Shown piece after piece: positions 25,786 through 37,554 of a DNA stretch of 64,000 nucleotides (the stretch's first letter is position 1; each line of letters begins with the position of its first letter). A program made the translations under genes and the position numbers. The notes beneath the pieces were generated by a model. The model did no database searches and had not been told where the DNA came from. It saw only the letters and a program-made list of their open reading frames with translations. Origin of the DNA: a virus. The stretch spans positions 32,001 to 96,000 of the IMG/VR virus record IMGVR_UViG_3300042294_004068; one strand, 5' to 3'.

Positions 25786-28700
25786 ATGCCAATTAACGTA
25801 ACAGCTGCTGGTGCTGTTGGTACTCACTCTTTTTCTAGAGTAAACGTGAATCTTGATGAAGATTTCATCTACTTTAAGAATACAGCCCCGAACGTTATCC
25901 CAGCTGCCCTAGCTCCTGGAGTAGCATTTTTGTATACATCTGGTGTTGGGTCAGTTACAGGATTTACCGAGAATGGTCTTGTTTATGTAACTACAACTCA
26001 ACCAAAAAAACTACAATTTAGTGCAACTTTTAATGGCTCAGCACTCAATCTTACTGATAGCGCAGCTGGTTCAATTAAGTTTAATACTCCAATTGTTTAC
26101 GCAAATAAGCTAAATATTGACGCATCAACACCAACAAATCAAGCAGTGAAGTATTACACAAACGGAACTCCTTTAGTTGGCTTGACTAGTGGAGATACAT
26201 ACTTCTTAAAGAACGTATCAATTTCTGAGTTTGCTGGTTCACAGGCACTTTATGCCTTTACTAGCCACACCTTTACAACCTGTGGAAAGACTGGTCGTGT
26301 TGGACCTACTCAAACAGAAATGCGTAACTTTTATAATACAACTTGGGACGATCAATATATTTCTCAGGGTTCATTTGTCGGTTATCAAGACTGGACAGTT
26401 CCTGTATCTGGTATTTACAGCTTTAACGTTCGTGGTGCTTCTGGTTTTGATGGTAACGGATCTGGTGGTGTAGGCCGCGGAGCTGTTGTTGAAGGACGTA
26501 TTGCTTTAACTAAAGGTGAAGTTATTACAATCGCCGTTGGTCAACGTGGTGAGCAAGGTGGAAGTGCTACATGGGGTGGCTCTGGTGGTGGAACATTCGT
26601 TGTTCGTAAAACTGGTAACGAGCCTTTGTTTGTCGCTGGTGGTGGTTCTGCTGAATCAAACTCTGGTGCTGGACGAGATGGTGTTCTTACAAGACTTGGT
26701 GGTACATCTACCAATGGTCAGCAAGCTGGCGGTAGTGTTGGTTTTGGTGGTCGTGCGCAAAGCCCTCTTGGTTACTCTGCTGCTGGTGGAGGTTTCTTCT
26801 CTCGCGGACAGAACGGTAGCTTTGGCTCAGAACCAACATTTGGTGGTGGTTCATTCCTAGACGGTCTAACCATGGGAACTAACATTCGTACTGGTGGTTA
26901 TGGTGGTTTTGGTGGCGGTGGTCAATCTGACGGCAACCGTGTAGGTCAGTCTGGTGGTGGCGGTGGCTACTCTGGTGGTGGCGGTGCTCGTTCTACAACA
27001 GCCAACCAGTCTGGTGGTGGTGGTGGCTCATTCATCGTAGCTACTGCTACAAATGTTGGAACTTCTACAGGTATCTTTGACGGAGCAAACACATTTAATG
27101 GTTCTCCAATTTCAAACCTTTCTACATATAACACAGGTGAAGGTCAAGTTACAGTATCACTAGTTTCTAGCTTTACAACTGGTAACAGTATTCACCCAAC
27201 AGCACAGGATGCAGAAAACGGTACAAATGCAATTGCCATTGCACCAGCTGGTTCTTCATACCACGCTTTTGTGCCAATCAGCTTAGACATTCAAAATGAT
27301 CAAATTCATAGTGCTGCTCCACACACTCTTACAAATGGTGAAGCAGTTCAAGTAAATTTCAATGGAGTTCCTCCAGTTGGAATAACAAATGGATCAATTT
27401 ATTACATAAACACAGTCAGTGCGTTTAGCTACCGATTGAGCACTACTCCTGCACCATCGTTTACAAATATTAACTTAACTGCTCCATCTTCTCGAGAAGT
27501 CGCAACAACTGCTAAGTTGAGTCGTGTTGTTGTAAACACAGCTACTGACACTTTGACTATTAATAACCACGGATTCTTAGTAGACCAACCTCTACGTTAC
27601 AACGTTGGTGATGGAACAGCTATCGTTCCTCTTATTGATCAAGCTACATACTATGTATCTGAAGTTATCAATGCTAACCAAATTAGGTTGAAGTCTTCTT
27701 TGAACTCTCCTACTTACATTAATTTCACTAATACTGGTACTGGTACTGGTCACAGCTTTATCTTCTTGACTGTTAACGCTCTTGAAGATACTCTCTACAT
27801 TCCTAACCACGGCCTTGTATCTGGTCAAGCAATCCGCTATTCAAAGGGTGGTTCTGGAAACGTTGTCATCCCAGGTTTGACTGATAACAACACCTATTAC
27901 ATTGTTAAAGTTGACAACAGCATTGTGCGCCTTGCTACAAACAAAGCATTAAGCATTATTGCAAATATCACTAACCAAGATCCATGGCCAGCAACTGGTA
28001 CTCATTCGCTGTTTATTACATCGCTTGATTACACAACTGACACAATCACTCTTCCAAGTCACGGATTCTTGCAGGGAGAGCTTGTTGAATATGACTCAAA
28101 GGGTCAGACAGTTGTCAATGGTTTGACTACTGCTACTCCATACTACGTAATTTTCGTAGATGGAGATAACATCAAACTTGCTACAACTCCAGAAAATGCT
28201 GATGCAGGTACAGCTGTTGATCTAACAGCGAGCCCAGCAGGTGTTGGACGTCATACTTTACGTTCTTTGTCAAAGACTCCAGATGGTATTTACACCATCA
28301 CTTCTACACCTTCTCCTCAGACATTTACTGTCGAGGCAGCAGGTAACGTTCCAATTATTACAAAGGTGTTTAACCCAAGAGGCACAATCGACCTTGAGCT
28401 AAATACTTTCTTTATTCCTTCTCACGGTTTTACAACTGGAACAAAAGTCACATATGAGCAAGGAGATGCTGCAACTGATATTGCTGGTTTGACAAACAAC
28501 ACTGATTATTATGTTGTTGCAATCAACCGTGACTATCTACGTCTAGCAACTTCAGCAGAAAATGCTGCAGCTGGTATTACTCTTAACATCAGCGACCACG
28601 GTACTGGTGTTGGTCACAAGCTTATTACTGACCAAATCAACGGTAACGTAACTGGTTCAGGAACCGTATCTGTTTCATCTGGTTCTGTTCTTGTTAACGG

Positions 28701-31700
28701 TTCTGGTACTGCGTTCTCGAAGATTCTAAAAGTGGGAGACCGTTTCCGTCTATTCCCACCTAACGTAACTAAGCAGCATGGAACTATGGTTTTTGCTGCT
28801 GCAGATGTAAACACAGCTACAAACTTGATTACAAAGAGCAACACCTTCACTACAGGAACACAAGTTGTGTTCTCTGCTGGTGGTGGAACTGCGCCAGCTC
28901 CTCTAGTAGAAGGAGCTACCTACTTTGTAAGAGCAGTTAGCGCTGGGTCTACTATGACTCTTCACCCAACATCAACTGATGCTACTAACAATACAAACGT
29001 TATTGACCTCACAACAGTTGGTACTGGAAGTAATTTCTCTATATCTAGCACAGTAAAAACATTTGCTGATGCTGATGTGAATACAACTAACAACAGAATT
29101 GTTGACACTCACAATTTTGTCACTGGTGATGTTGTTAAGTTTGCAGCAAATGGTGGTGTACCACCAACACCTCTAGTTGATGGTTACTACTACTATGTTC
29201 GTGCAGTTTCTAACACAGAAATTACTCTGCACACTACATTGAACGATGCTCAAAATAACCTTCAGGCTCTTGACTTCAGTACACAAGGTACTGGTACAGG
29301 GTTCACTCTTACAAACACTGTTCCAGTAGGTCCAATCATTCGTCGTATCACCGCGATTGGTGGAGATACTCAGATTACAGTGGACCGTCCGTATGCAAAC
29401 GCATATAGCGCTGTTTCTTACTCATATCCAACATTCGTCTATGTACGTCCTCAGGGCTACTCACTACACCGTCCATTCGATGGTGGCGTTGAGATGTCAG
29501 TAGGTGCTAAGACATCGTTTGGTCAGATTGTTCGTCAGACTCGTAAGTACTTCCGTTACCAATCAGGTAAGGGTATTCAGTCTTCTTGCGGTGTTAACTT
29601 CCAGCCTTCAATTGACCTTGAGAGTATGAGACAGTTCAGCTCACTTACAGTTGAATGTAAGACTCGTCGCCCTCACGGACTTGTTTCTGGTCTCTTTATT
29701 GTAGTAAATGGTGCAGAAGATTCTTATGGAAATACAAGCACTGTTTACAACGGAGAGTTCCAAGTAACAGTTGTTGACCTAACAACATTCCGATTTACTT
29801 CTACACAACCGATTATTGAAAACCGTGCTTACGGATTCCCTCAGTTCTATGTTCGTGAGTGGTCAAACGGTGCTGTCCGTGAAGGTATGTTCGACTTCCA
29901 GAACGGTGCATACTTCGAGTTCGATGGTGAAGCTATCTACGCCGTACGTCGTTCATCTACTCAGCAGCTAGCAGGTACAGCAGCTGCTCTACAAGGCTCA
30001 GAGCTTATCTTTGGAACAAACACAGCGTTCCAAGCTCAGGTTGAAGTTGGTGACTTTATTGTTATGCGTGGTCAGTCTTATAGAATTACAGAGATTGAGT
30101 CAGATACACGTATGTCGATTCGTCCTGAGTATAAGGGTTCTTCTGGAACAGAGAAGGAATTCAATCCTCAGACTCAAGTCAATACAACCACTGACATCTT
30201 TACAATTATTGGTCATGGTTTTGCTGATCGTTTACCAGTTATCTACAACTCCATTGACGGCGAGCCTATTGGTGGAATGATTAACGGTCGTACATACTAT
30301 GTTGATTTGATTAACAACAACACCTTTAAACTTGTTGCTGACCCAGATTCTGAAATTAACGTAGATTTGTCTACTACAGGAACAACCACAGTCCACTCAT
30401 TTGTACCTGCTAAGTCAGGTATTGTTATGACAAAGACTGTAGATACCCGAGTTCCTCAAAGCCAGTGGAACATCGACGTTTGCGATGGTTCTGGTCCTAC
30501 AGGATATAACTTAGATATTTCTCGTATTCAGATGGCTTACATTGACTACTCTTGGTACGGTGCAGGTAAGATTCGCTTCGGTTTCAAGACTACAGACGGT
30601 CAAGTACAGTACGTTCACGAGTTTGTCCACAACAACAACTTGTTCGAGTCATACTTCCGTTCAGGTAACTTGCCAGCTCGTTATGAAGTTGTAACTTACG
30701 AGAACCCAACTTATATTCCTTACCTCTTCCACTGGGGTACTTCGGTCATCATGGATGGTCGTTTCGATGATGACAACGCGTACCTCTTCACTGGTTCAAG
30801 CCAGACTCTGCAGGTAACTGGAACAACCGCTAAGTCATTTGCTTCATCTGGTATCAACCTAACAACTGACTTGTTTACTGTACAGAGTCACGGTTTTGCA
30901 ACTGGTGATTTGCTACAGTTCCAGTCAATTGCTACTAACGGATTCCCAGGTAATAACCTTTTGAACCCAGCAACTCAGATTGTTGGTTCTAACACAAGAG
31001 CTAACCTGACTAACGATGCGTTGTATGGAGTTCTGGTCAATTCACCTAACTTGATTCACTTGACCCCACCTAACGTAACAATTAGCCGTGGAACTTCATA
31101 TGCAATCAATCCTCAGACAATTACTAGTGCTCAAACTGGTACGACTGTAACTATCGTAACCACACAACCACACAACTTGAGTACTGGTATGTATGTCGGT
31201 GTATACGGCTCAACCCGTGTGCCAAATGGTCCGTTCTATGTGACAGTTACTAACTCAACTACATTCACATATCAGGCAACCAACGTTTCAACACCTGTGA
31301 CTGCACTAAATGATCCAGCTATCATCATCTCTGAGGTCATTAACTTCACTACCCAAGGAAACACCCAGTACACTTACTTCTTATATCCAAATGGCTCATT
31401 GAACAACACATCTGGTCCTAACTACCAGCCATTGTTATCAATTCGCCTCTCTCCTTCAGTATCTGAAGGTTTGACAGGTAAGCTTGGTGACCGAGACGTT
31501 ATCAACCGAATGCAGCTACGTTTGCAGGAAATTGGTGTGTCTACGACACAGTTGGTTGACTGTAAGGTTCTTCTAAATCCACGTCTAAACAACCTAAACT
31601 TCGTGGGTGTAGATACACCTTCCTTGACTCAGATTGTTGAGCACACAGCTCAGGACACAGTGTCTGGTGGAGTTCAGGTTTACAACTTCCGTGCTGCTGG

Positions 31701-31890
31701 TGGTGCTAGCGGTGCTGAAGACACCACTGTGGTAGATGTTTCAAGCCTGTTTGAGTTGTCAAACTCTATTCTTGGTGGAGACTCAATTTTCCCAGATGGT
31801 CCAGACATCTTGACAATTGCAGTATCTAGATTGACTGGTAACGCTACACTAACCTCAGCGAAGATGTCATGGGCAGAAGCTCAGGCGTAG
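25786..31890 (+). CDS. Very large virion-type protein (2034 aa) with an ALK/LTK-like Gly-rich domain and many tandem beta repeats
   Basis: WTVPVSGIYSFNVRGASG..IAVGQRG..GGGTFV..LFVAGGG. Eight or more repeats of D.L.I..HG...G..V.Y...GL....YY...V....IRLA. C-terminal RQTRKYFRYQSGKG / IDYSWYGAGKIRFG domain. Confidence 0.75.
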   Translation: MPINVTAAGAVGTHSFSRVNVNLDEDFIYFKNTAPNVIPAALAPGVAFLYTSGVGSVTGFTENGLVYVTTTQPKKLQFSATFNGSALNLTDSAAGSIKFNTPIVYANKLNIDASTPTNQAVKYYTNGTPLVGLTSGDTYFLKNVSISEFAGSQALYAFTSHTFTTCGKTGRVGPTQTEMRNFYNTTWDDQYISQGSFVGYQDWTVPVSGIYSFNVRGASGFDGNGSGGVGRGAVVEGRIALTKGEVITIAVGQRGEQGGSATWGGSGGGTFVVRKTGNEPLFVAGGGSAESNSGAGRDGVLTRLGGTSTNGQQAGGSVGFGGRAQSPLGYSAAGGGFFSRGQNGSFGSEPTFGGGSFLDGLTMGTNIRTGGYGGFGGGGQSDGNRVGQSGGGGGYSGGGGARSTTANQSGGGGGSFIVATATNVGTSTGIFDGANTFNGSPISNLSTYNTGEGQVTVSLVSSFTTGNSIHPTAQDAENGTNAIAIAPAGSSYHAFVPISLDIQNDQIHSAAPHTLTNGEAVQVNFNGVPPVGITNGSIYYINTVSAFSYRLSTTPAPSFTNINLTAPSSREVATTAKLSRVVVNTATDTLTINNHGFLVDQPLRYNVGDGTAIVPLIDQATYYVSEVINANQIRLKSSLNSPTYINFTNTGTGTGHSFIFLTVNALEDTLYIPNHGLVSGQAIRYSKGGSGNVVIPGLTDNNTYYIVKVDNSIVRLATNKALSIIANITNQDPWPATGTHSLFITSLDYTTDTITLPSHGFLQGELVEYDSKGQTVVNGLTTATPYYVIFVDGDNIKLATTPENADAGTAVDLTASPAGVGRHTLRSLSKTPDGIYTITSTPSPQTFTVEAAGNVPIITKVFNPRGTIDLELNTFFIPSHGFTTGTKVTYEQGDAATDIAGLTNNTDYYVVAINRDYLRLATSAENAAAGITLNISDHGTGVGHKLITDQINGNVTGSGTVSVSSGSVLVNGSGTAFSKILKVGDRFRLFPPNVTKQHGTMVFAAADVNTATNLITKSNTFTTGTQVVFSAGGGTAPAPLVEGATYFVRAVSAGSTMTLHPTSTDATNNTNVIDLTTVGTGSNFSISSTVKTFADADVNTTNNRIVDTHNFVTGDVVKFAANGGVPPTPLVDGYYYYVRAVSNTEITLHTTLNDAQNNLQALDFSTQGTGTGFTLTNTVPVGPIIRRITAIGGDTQITVDRPYANAYSAVSYSYPTFVYVRPQGYSLHRPFDGGVEMSVGAKTSFGQIVRQTRKYFRYQSGKGIQSSCGVNFQPSIDLESMRQFSSLTVECKTRRPHGLVSGLFIVVNGAEDSYGNTSTVYNGEFQVTVVDLTTFRFTSTQPIIENRAYGFPQFYVREWSNGAVREGMFDFQNGAYFEFDGEAIYAVRRSSTQQLAGTAAALQGSELIFGTNTAFQAQVEVGDFIVMRGQSYRITEIESDTRMSIRPEYKGSSGTEKEFNPQTQVNTTTDIFTIIGHGFADRLPVIYNSIDGEPIGGMINGRTYYVDLINNNTFKLVADPDSEINVDLSTTGTTTVHSFVPAKSGIVMTKTVDTRVPQSQWNIDVCDGSGPTGYNLDISRIQMAYIDYSWYGAGKIRFGFKTTDGQVQYVHEFVHNNNLFESYFRSGNLPARYEVVTYENPTYIPYLFHWGTSVIMDGRFDDDNAYLFTGSSQTLQVTGTTAKSFASSGINLTTDLFTVQSHGFATGDLLQFQSIATNGFPGNNLLNPATQIVGSNTRANLTNDALYGVLVNSPNLIHLTPPNVTISRGTSYAINPQTITSAQTGTTVTIVTTQPHNLSTGMYVGVYGSTRVPNGPFYVTVTNSTTFTYQATNVSTPVTALNDPAIIISEVINFTTQGNTQYTYFLYPNGSLNNTSGPNYQPLLSIRLSPSVSEGLTGKLGDRDVINRMQLRLQEIGVSTTQLVDCKVLLNPRLNNLNFVGVDTPSLTQIVEHTAQDTVSGGVQVYNFRAAGGASGAEDTTVVDVSSLFELSNSILGGDSIFPDGPDILTIAVSRLTGNATLTSAKMSWAEAQA

Positions 31891-31899
31891 GAGAGACAC

Positions 31900-34293
31900 A
31901 TGCCAATTCAGCGACTTGGGATTCAGAACCCAACGGGTAATACTGATACTGTTCTTGCTACATTTTCTGAAGCGCACCTTGTTTCAGTAATTATTGCCAA
32001 TAAAGGTGTAGTAGCAGTACCAGCATGTAAAGTAAGTATTTGGATTGCACCAGCTAATGCTGTAATCGCTCTTAACTTTGCGTACATTGCTTTTAACTTA
32101 GATGTACCTGTTGGCTCTTCTTTTGAAACTTTTAGATTTGCTGTCAATCCAGGCGACACACTTTGGGTACGTTCTAGTACATCAAATGCTTCATTTAGCT
32201 GTGTAGGTATCGCTCAAGAAGACTCTGCTCTTCCTGAAAACCTCGTACAAACTTTTACTAATAAAGAAATTAGAGGTTTGTATAACACTGTTTATATTGA
32301 CATTGGAACAACAGCAGAGCGTCGCTCTACTGCTGAAGTTGGTTATGTTCGATTTAATACAGAACTAAATGGTGGTGCAGGTGCTCTAGAGCAGAAGACT
32401 ACAAACGGCTGGGAAATTGTAGGTACTGGTGTAACTTCTGGACCAACTGGTCCAACTGGAGCCGCTGGCGCTACAGGTCCAACTGGACCTTCAGGTGGCC
32501 CAACAGGACCTACAGGTGCAGTTGGCCCTACGGGTGCTACTGGTCCTGTTGGTTTAGGTGGTAATCAAGGACCAACAGGTCCTACTGGTCCACAAGGTGT
32601 AGCTGGTCCGCAAGCAACTAGTGTTAATTTATTAGGTGGAGTAGCCAACTTTGCGGCACTACCTTCGACAGGTAACACAGCTGACGATGCTTATGTAACT
32701 CTTGACACACGAGATGTTTATGTGTGGACGGGGAGTGCATGGTCAAATGTTGGACCTATTTATGGTGCTACTGGACCTACTGGTTCAACAGGACCTACAG
32801 GAGCCCCATCAAATGTAACTGGTCCAACGGGTGCGACAGGTCCAGCAGGTAGTGCAGGACCTACAGGTCCTCAGGGAGACCCATCAATTATTCCAGGACC
32901 AACTGGTTCACAAGGTGCAATTGGTCCAACGGGAGCAACTGGACCGACTGGTGCCACTGGCTCAACTGGACCAACTGGTTCACAAGGAATTACTGGACCT
33001 GCTGGAACAAATATTGTTATGAAGGGTAGTGTTGCTGATTTCGCTTCTCTACCATCATCAGGAAACACTTTATATGACGCTTATGTAACTTTAGATACAG
33101 GCGATACTTACATGTGGACTGGTTCTGCATGGGTCAATCTTGGAGCAATTGCTGGACCAGTGGGTCCTACAGGTGCTACTGGTGCCACAGGTTCTACTGG
33201 TGATACTGGTCCAACTGGACCTTCAGGTGGCCCAACAGGACCTACAGGTGCAACTGGACCTGTTGGTCCTCAAGGACCAGGCAGCTCTAGTGTTGCAGTA
33301 GTTGAGACAGTAGATTCAACTACATTTGTTGGTCTTTATGAAGATTTAACAGGTATTCAAGGTGGTAAAACTAATCAAGGAATCATCTTCGATGCTTCTA
33401 CACAAAAACTTATTGTGTCTCAGATTGAGACTCCTACAATCCTTCCTCCTGCTTCAGGAGTTGGAACATTTACTGTAAGTTCTCCAACAACTTTAACTCT
33501 TGATGCAGAGAGTGAAGTTATCTCTAACGCACCATTTAAACTTTTAAGTTCTACTGTTGCTGCTCTATCTAGCTTAACTGCTAGTGCTGGTGCAATTATT
33601 TACGTAAGTGATGCACCAATTGGATCTCAGTTGTACTACTACAACGGGACTCAATGGGTTGAGATTGAAGGAACTGGTCAAGGACCTACAGGACCTACAG
33701 GTGCTACAGGTCCATCTGGTGGTCCAACAGGTCCTACAGGAGCAGTCGGTTCAACTGGACCTACAGGCCCTGCAGTAACAGGTCCTACAGGAGCAGTCGG
33801 TTCAACTGGACCAACTGGACCAACTGGTGCTACTGGTGCTACTGGACCTACTGGACCTGCAGGTACTACTAATTTTGGCTCTTTGAATGACATCACCTCT
33901 GCTTCAGTAACTGTTGATGAAATTTATGAACCAGCAATTACTATGCTACGAGTTGTTAATCAAGGTACAACTGCCTATAGATTTACAAGTCACTACGGAT
34001 TATCTAATAACCCAACAATTTATGCTATCTCTGGAACTACTATTGCTTTCAATCTTGCTAATGCTGGTCACCCATTTGCAATCCAAACAGCAGATGGAAA
34101 CAACTTTAGTGAAGGTTTAATTCACGTAGACACTAATGGTGTTGTTTCTACCGATTCAAATGCTCAAGGTAAGAGCTCAGGAACTCTTTATTGGAGAATC
34201 AGACAAAACCTTACTGGTGGATATAGATATCAATGTTTGTCACACCCAGCAATGGGAAACACTATCGTAATTAAAGATATCTCGGCTATTTAA
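31900..34293 (+). CDS. Collagen-like fibre protein with a C-terminal cupredoxin-like domain
   Basis: N-terminal domain shared with 35949 ([20 protein letters not shown]). GPT runs. The C-terminus has GHPF...YQCLSHPAM. Confidence 0.82.
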   Translation: MPIQRLGIQNPTGNTDTVLATFSEAHLVSVIIANKGVVAVPACKVSIWIAPANAVIALNFAYIAFNLDVPVGSSFETFRFAVNPGDTLWVRSSTSNASFSCVGIAQEDSALPENLVQTFTNKEIRGLYNTVYIDIGTTAERRSTAEVGYVRFNTELNGGAGALEQKTTNGWEIVGTGVTSGPTGPTGAAGATGPTGPSGGPTGPTGAVGPTGATGPVGLGGNQGPTGPTGPQGVAGPQATSVNLLGGVANFAALPSTGNTADDAYVTLDTRDVYVWTGSAWSNVGPIYGATGPTGSTGPTGAPSNVTGPTGATGPAGSAGPTGPQGDPSIIPGPTGSQGAIGPTGATGPTGATGSTGPTGSQGITGPAGTNIVMKGSVADFASLPSSGNTLYDAYVTLDTGDTYMWTGSAWVNLGAIAGPVGPTGATGATGSTGDTGPTGPSGGPTGPTGATGPVGPQGPGSSSVAVVETVDSTTFVGLYEDLTGIQGGKTNQGIIFDASTQKLIVSQIETPTILPPASGVGTFTVSSPTTLTLDAESEVISNAPFKLLSSTVAALSSLTASAGAIIYVSDAPIGSQLYYYNGTQWVEIEGTGQGPTGPTGATGPSGGPTGPTGAVGSTGPTGPAVTGPTGAVGSTGPTGPTGATGATGPTGPAGTTNFGSLNDITSASVTVDEIYEPAITMLRVVNQGTTAYRFTSHYGLSNNPTIYAISGTTIAFNLANAGHPFAIQTADGNNFSEGLIHVDTNGVVSTDSNAQGKSSGTLYWRIRQNLTGGYRYQCLSHPAMGNTIVIKDISAI

Positions 34294-34305
34294 TAGGACT
34301 GGTAC

Positions 34306-35898
34306 ATGAGTGAATACAAAGAGTACACAGTTACTACAGAAAGTCTAGAGCTTACTGATGCTGTGTGGGACGCTCTTCTTACTGAGGGAAGTAATCTAAC
34401 TACTATTCCTATTAGAGCCGTGGAAGTGGCAAACGATAGGCCAGAAAACCCTTTAAACACTTCATACTGGCTAACAGATAGAGAAGCAGAGTTTTTAAGA
34501 CAAGACCCTCGCGTTTCCGATGTACAAGACCTAAGCATTTTTAAACCACAAAAGTTAGCTTTTCAAACTGGAACTTTTGATAAAACTACAAATCAAACTG
34601 GTCCTAAAGTTAACTGGGGATTGTTGAGACATTCAAAGCTATCTAATGTTTATGGAAGTAGTCTTTTAGACCCAGGTGGAACCTATGACTATGTTTTAGA
34701 TGGTTCTAATGTTGACGTTGTAATTATAGATAGCGGTATTCAAGCCAACCACCCTGAATTTTTATATTCTGATGGTAGTGGTGCAAGTAGAGTAAACCTT
34801 GTAGATTGGTTTGCAGTCAGTGGTGTTTCTGGAAGTATGCCCTCAGGGTTCTATCAAGATTATGATGGTCATGGAACTCACGTTGCTGCTACTGTTGCTG
34901 GTCTTAATTTTGGATGGGCAAAAAATGCAAGAATTTATTCTATAAAGCTTGAAGGATTAAGAGCTCCTAGTGATCCTGGAGAAGGGTTTGACGTAGCAAC
35001 CGCTTTTGATGTGTTAATTGGTTGGCACAATAACAAAACAAATGGAAGACCTACTGTTGTTGTTAATAGCTGGGGGTATGGAGTATTTCATAGAGCAGAT
35101 TTAGAAGCCTTTTCATTTGGCTTAGATGAATCAGAAACTCTTTACGCTATAAATGGAGGGGTTTACCGAGGTGTTGCTTGGGAAGGTACTGTATTAGACA
35201 CTGCAAAAGGTCACACTGGTGCTCTTGTTGCTCCATCTACTTATAGATATCCATTTAGAGTTGCTGCTGTTGATGCTGACATTAGAACTGGCGCTGAAGC
35301 TGGAATTTTATTTGTCAACGCTGCTGGAAATGAGTTTACAAAAATTGATGTTCAAGGTGGATTTGATTACAACAACTACATCCTCACTGACTTTGGCGCT
35401 TTTACATACCACAGAGGTGGCACACCAGGAGCTAGTATTACAGCACGAGAGAGTGTTTTTACTGTAGGTTCTGTTGACCACCAAACAGTCACTGGAACTT
35501 CAACAGACAGAAAGTCAAACTTCAGTAATTCTGGTCCAGGAGTGACAGTTTATGCCGCTGGGTCCAGAATTATGAGTGCAATGAGCCAAGTTAATGACGA
35601 TAACTCTAACTACCCGTACTTTTTAAATGGCTCTTTTAAGCAGCAACTTTTGTCTGGTACCTCCATGGCAGCTCCTCAAATTGCAGGTATAGCGGCTCTT
35701 GTATATCAAATGCACCCAGACTGGACCCCAAGACAGGTCATCAACTTCATCAAAGATAAGTCATTTTCTAGTCTTTTTAAGACTGACCTCACAAATGACT
35801 ATACGAATGTCCATAGCGTGCATGGTGGCGCTAACCTGATAGCCTACGTACCTATGGCTTCACAGAGAAAATTCTCCTTCCAAAGAGCCACGGTATAG
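34306..35898 (+). CDS. Subtilisin-family (S8) serine protease with N-terminal propeptide
   Basis: Catalytic triad motifs VDVVIIDSG, GHGTHVA and SGTSMAAPQIAG; oxyanion AAGN; SNFSNSG. Confidence 0.95.
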   Translation: MSEYKEYTVTTESLELTDAVWDALLTEGSNLTTIPIRAVEVANDRPENPLNTSYWLTDREAEFLRQDPRVSDVQDLSIFKPQKLAFQTGTFDKTTNQTGPKVNWGLLRHSKLSNVYGSSLLDPGGTYDYVLDGSNVDVVIIDSGIQANHPEFLYSDGSGASRVNLVDWFAVSGVSGSMPSGFYQDYDGHGTHVAATVAGLNFGWAKNARIYSIKLEGLRAPSDPGEGFDVATAFDVLIGWHNNKTNGRPTVVVNSWGYGVFHRADLEAFSFGLDESETLYAINGGVYRGVAWEGTVLDTAKGHTGALVAPSTYRYPFRVAAVDADIRTGAEAGILFVNAAGNEFTKIDVQGGFDYNNYILTDFGAFTYHRGGTPGASITARESVFTVGSVDHQTVTGTSTDRKSNFSNSGPGVTVYAAGSRIMSAMSQVNDDNSNYPYFLNGSFKQQLLSGTSMAAPQIAGIAALVYQMHPDWTPRQVINFIKDKSFSSLFKTDLTNDYTNVHSVHGGANLIAYVPMASQRKFSFQRATV

Positions 35899-35948
35899 GA
35901 TTTTAAAGGTATAATTATGAGAAAAGCTGACGAAGTAAGGAGCGACAA

Positions 35949-37535
35949 ATGGCAGCAAAACGCTTAGGTCTTGCTACTCCCAATGCAAACATAGCTACTC
36001 TGCTTGCTACCAACGACACAGTTGGTGTTGCTTCTGTAATTGTTTCAAACAGAGCTAATATTCAGAGTCTTGTTACTATCTACGTTGAACCAGCCGAAGC
36101 CCTAGGTGTGGAGGCAACTCGCTCCTACATTGTTGACAATTTGGCTGTTTCTGTGGGTCAATCCTTTGAGACATTTAGATTTGCTTTAAATGTTGGAGAC
36201 CAGCTTTGGGTTAAGTCCAGCACATCTCTTGCTAATTTTTCTGCAACTCTTGTTTATGATCAAGCTGGTAGAGCAAATATAACTTATTCTTCAAATCAAC
36301 CGGGATTCCCTTCTGTAGGAGATATTTGGATTGATTCTGACACTCAAGAAGTTAATTTTTATACAGGTTCAGGATTTAACACTGTAGCAAGTATTGCTCC
36401 TTCAGGACCAACAGGTCCCGCTGGTCCATCTGGTCCAACGGGCCCATCAGGACCAACTGGTCCCCAAGGGTCTAGCGTTCGTATTCTTGGAACATACGCA
36501 ACTCTTAATCTTCTTCAAGCTGATAACCCAATTGGTGCAATTGGTGATGCTTATGTCGTTGCTTCAGAATTTGTTTATGCATGGTCAGACCTTAACCAAG
36601 AGTGGGCGCTCGTTGGTCCAATTGGTGTAACTGGCCCTACAGGTTCTACTGGACCTACAGGTCCACAGGGTATTGGTGGAGCAGATGGTGCAACTGGCGC
36701 TACTGGACCTGCTGGTGAACCAGGAGGACCAACTGGTGCTGCTGGTCCAACAGGTCCAACTGGTTCACTCGGACCTACTGGTCCAACTGGTCCTGAGGGG
36801 CCAACAGGTCCTACTGGTGCTATTGGTGAAACAGGAATAATTTCTAGTGCAGTTCCTCCAGCAGATTTATCAATTATTTGGGTAGATACAACTGTAGATT
36901 CAGCAATTCTTACCCACGCTAGCACTCATGCTGCTGGCGGTAGTGATGAGGTGACCCTATCTACAAGTCAAATTTCTGGGTTAAACACGAGACTTGGTGA
37001 TTTAGATATTCTTTCTAGTGGAGAGGGCAGTATTGATAGAAAAGCTCCTCTTACTGGTGTTGCATATGGAGCATCAGGAAACCTTATTCTAACTTATCGT
37101 CGAGCAATCAAAACAGAAACTATTACAAAACTTTCTATGGCTTGCGGTACTGCTGCTGGTGCAACCCCAACACTAGTGAAATATGGAGTCTATTCAGTAA
37201 ATGACTCTACTGGAGATTTAACTTTGGTAGCGTCTACTGCAAACGACACATCAATTTTTTCAACCGCTAACAGCGCTTTTGAAGTTAACTTAACTTCATC
37301 ATTTACCAAGACAGCTGGTAATTTGTATGCATATGCAGTTGTACTGGTAAGCACACAAACGCTTCCTACAGTTATTGGTCACGCACATGTTGCATCTGCT
37401 GGTGTTAACGCAATTTTGGCCTTACCTCCAAGAATTACAGGTTTAGTTGCGGCTCAAACAGATTTACCAAGCTCTATTTCTGCAGGTTCTGTAACAGCTT
37501 CTAACCGTGCACTGTGGACGCACGCCCTACCTTAA
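35949..37535 (+). CDS. Collagen-like fibre protein
   Basis: N-terminal domain paralogous to 31900, GPT runs, [11 protein letters not shown] motif and a C-terminal beta domain. Confidence 0.83.
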   Translation: MAAKRLGLATPNANIATLLATNDTVGVASVIVSNRANIQSLVTIYVEPAEALGVEATRSYIVDNLAVSVGQSFETFRFALNVGDQLWVKSSTSLANFSATLVYDQAGRANITYSSNQPGFPSVGDIWIDSDTQEVNFYTGSGFNTVASIAPSGPTGPAGPSGPTGPSGPTGPQGSSVRILGTYATLNLLQADNPIGAIGDAYVVASEFVYAWSDLNQEWALVGPIGVTGPTGSTGPTGPQGIGGADGATGATGPAGEPGGPTGAAGPTGPTGSLGPTGPTGPEGPTGPTGAIGETGIISSAVPPADLSIIWVDTTVDSAILTHASTHAAGGSDEVTLSTSQISGLNTRLGDLDILSSGEGSIDRKAPLTGVAYGASGNLILTYRRAIKTETITKLSMACGTAAGATPTLVKYGVYSVNDSTGDLTLVASTANDTSIFSTANSAFEVNLTSSFTKTAGNLYAYAVVLVSTQTLPTVIGHAHVASAGVNAILALPPRITGLVAAQTDLPSSISAGSVTASNRALWTHALP

Positions 37536-37554
37536 GAGTCAATAGGAGAATAAA

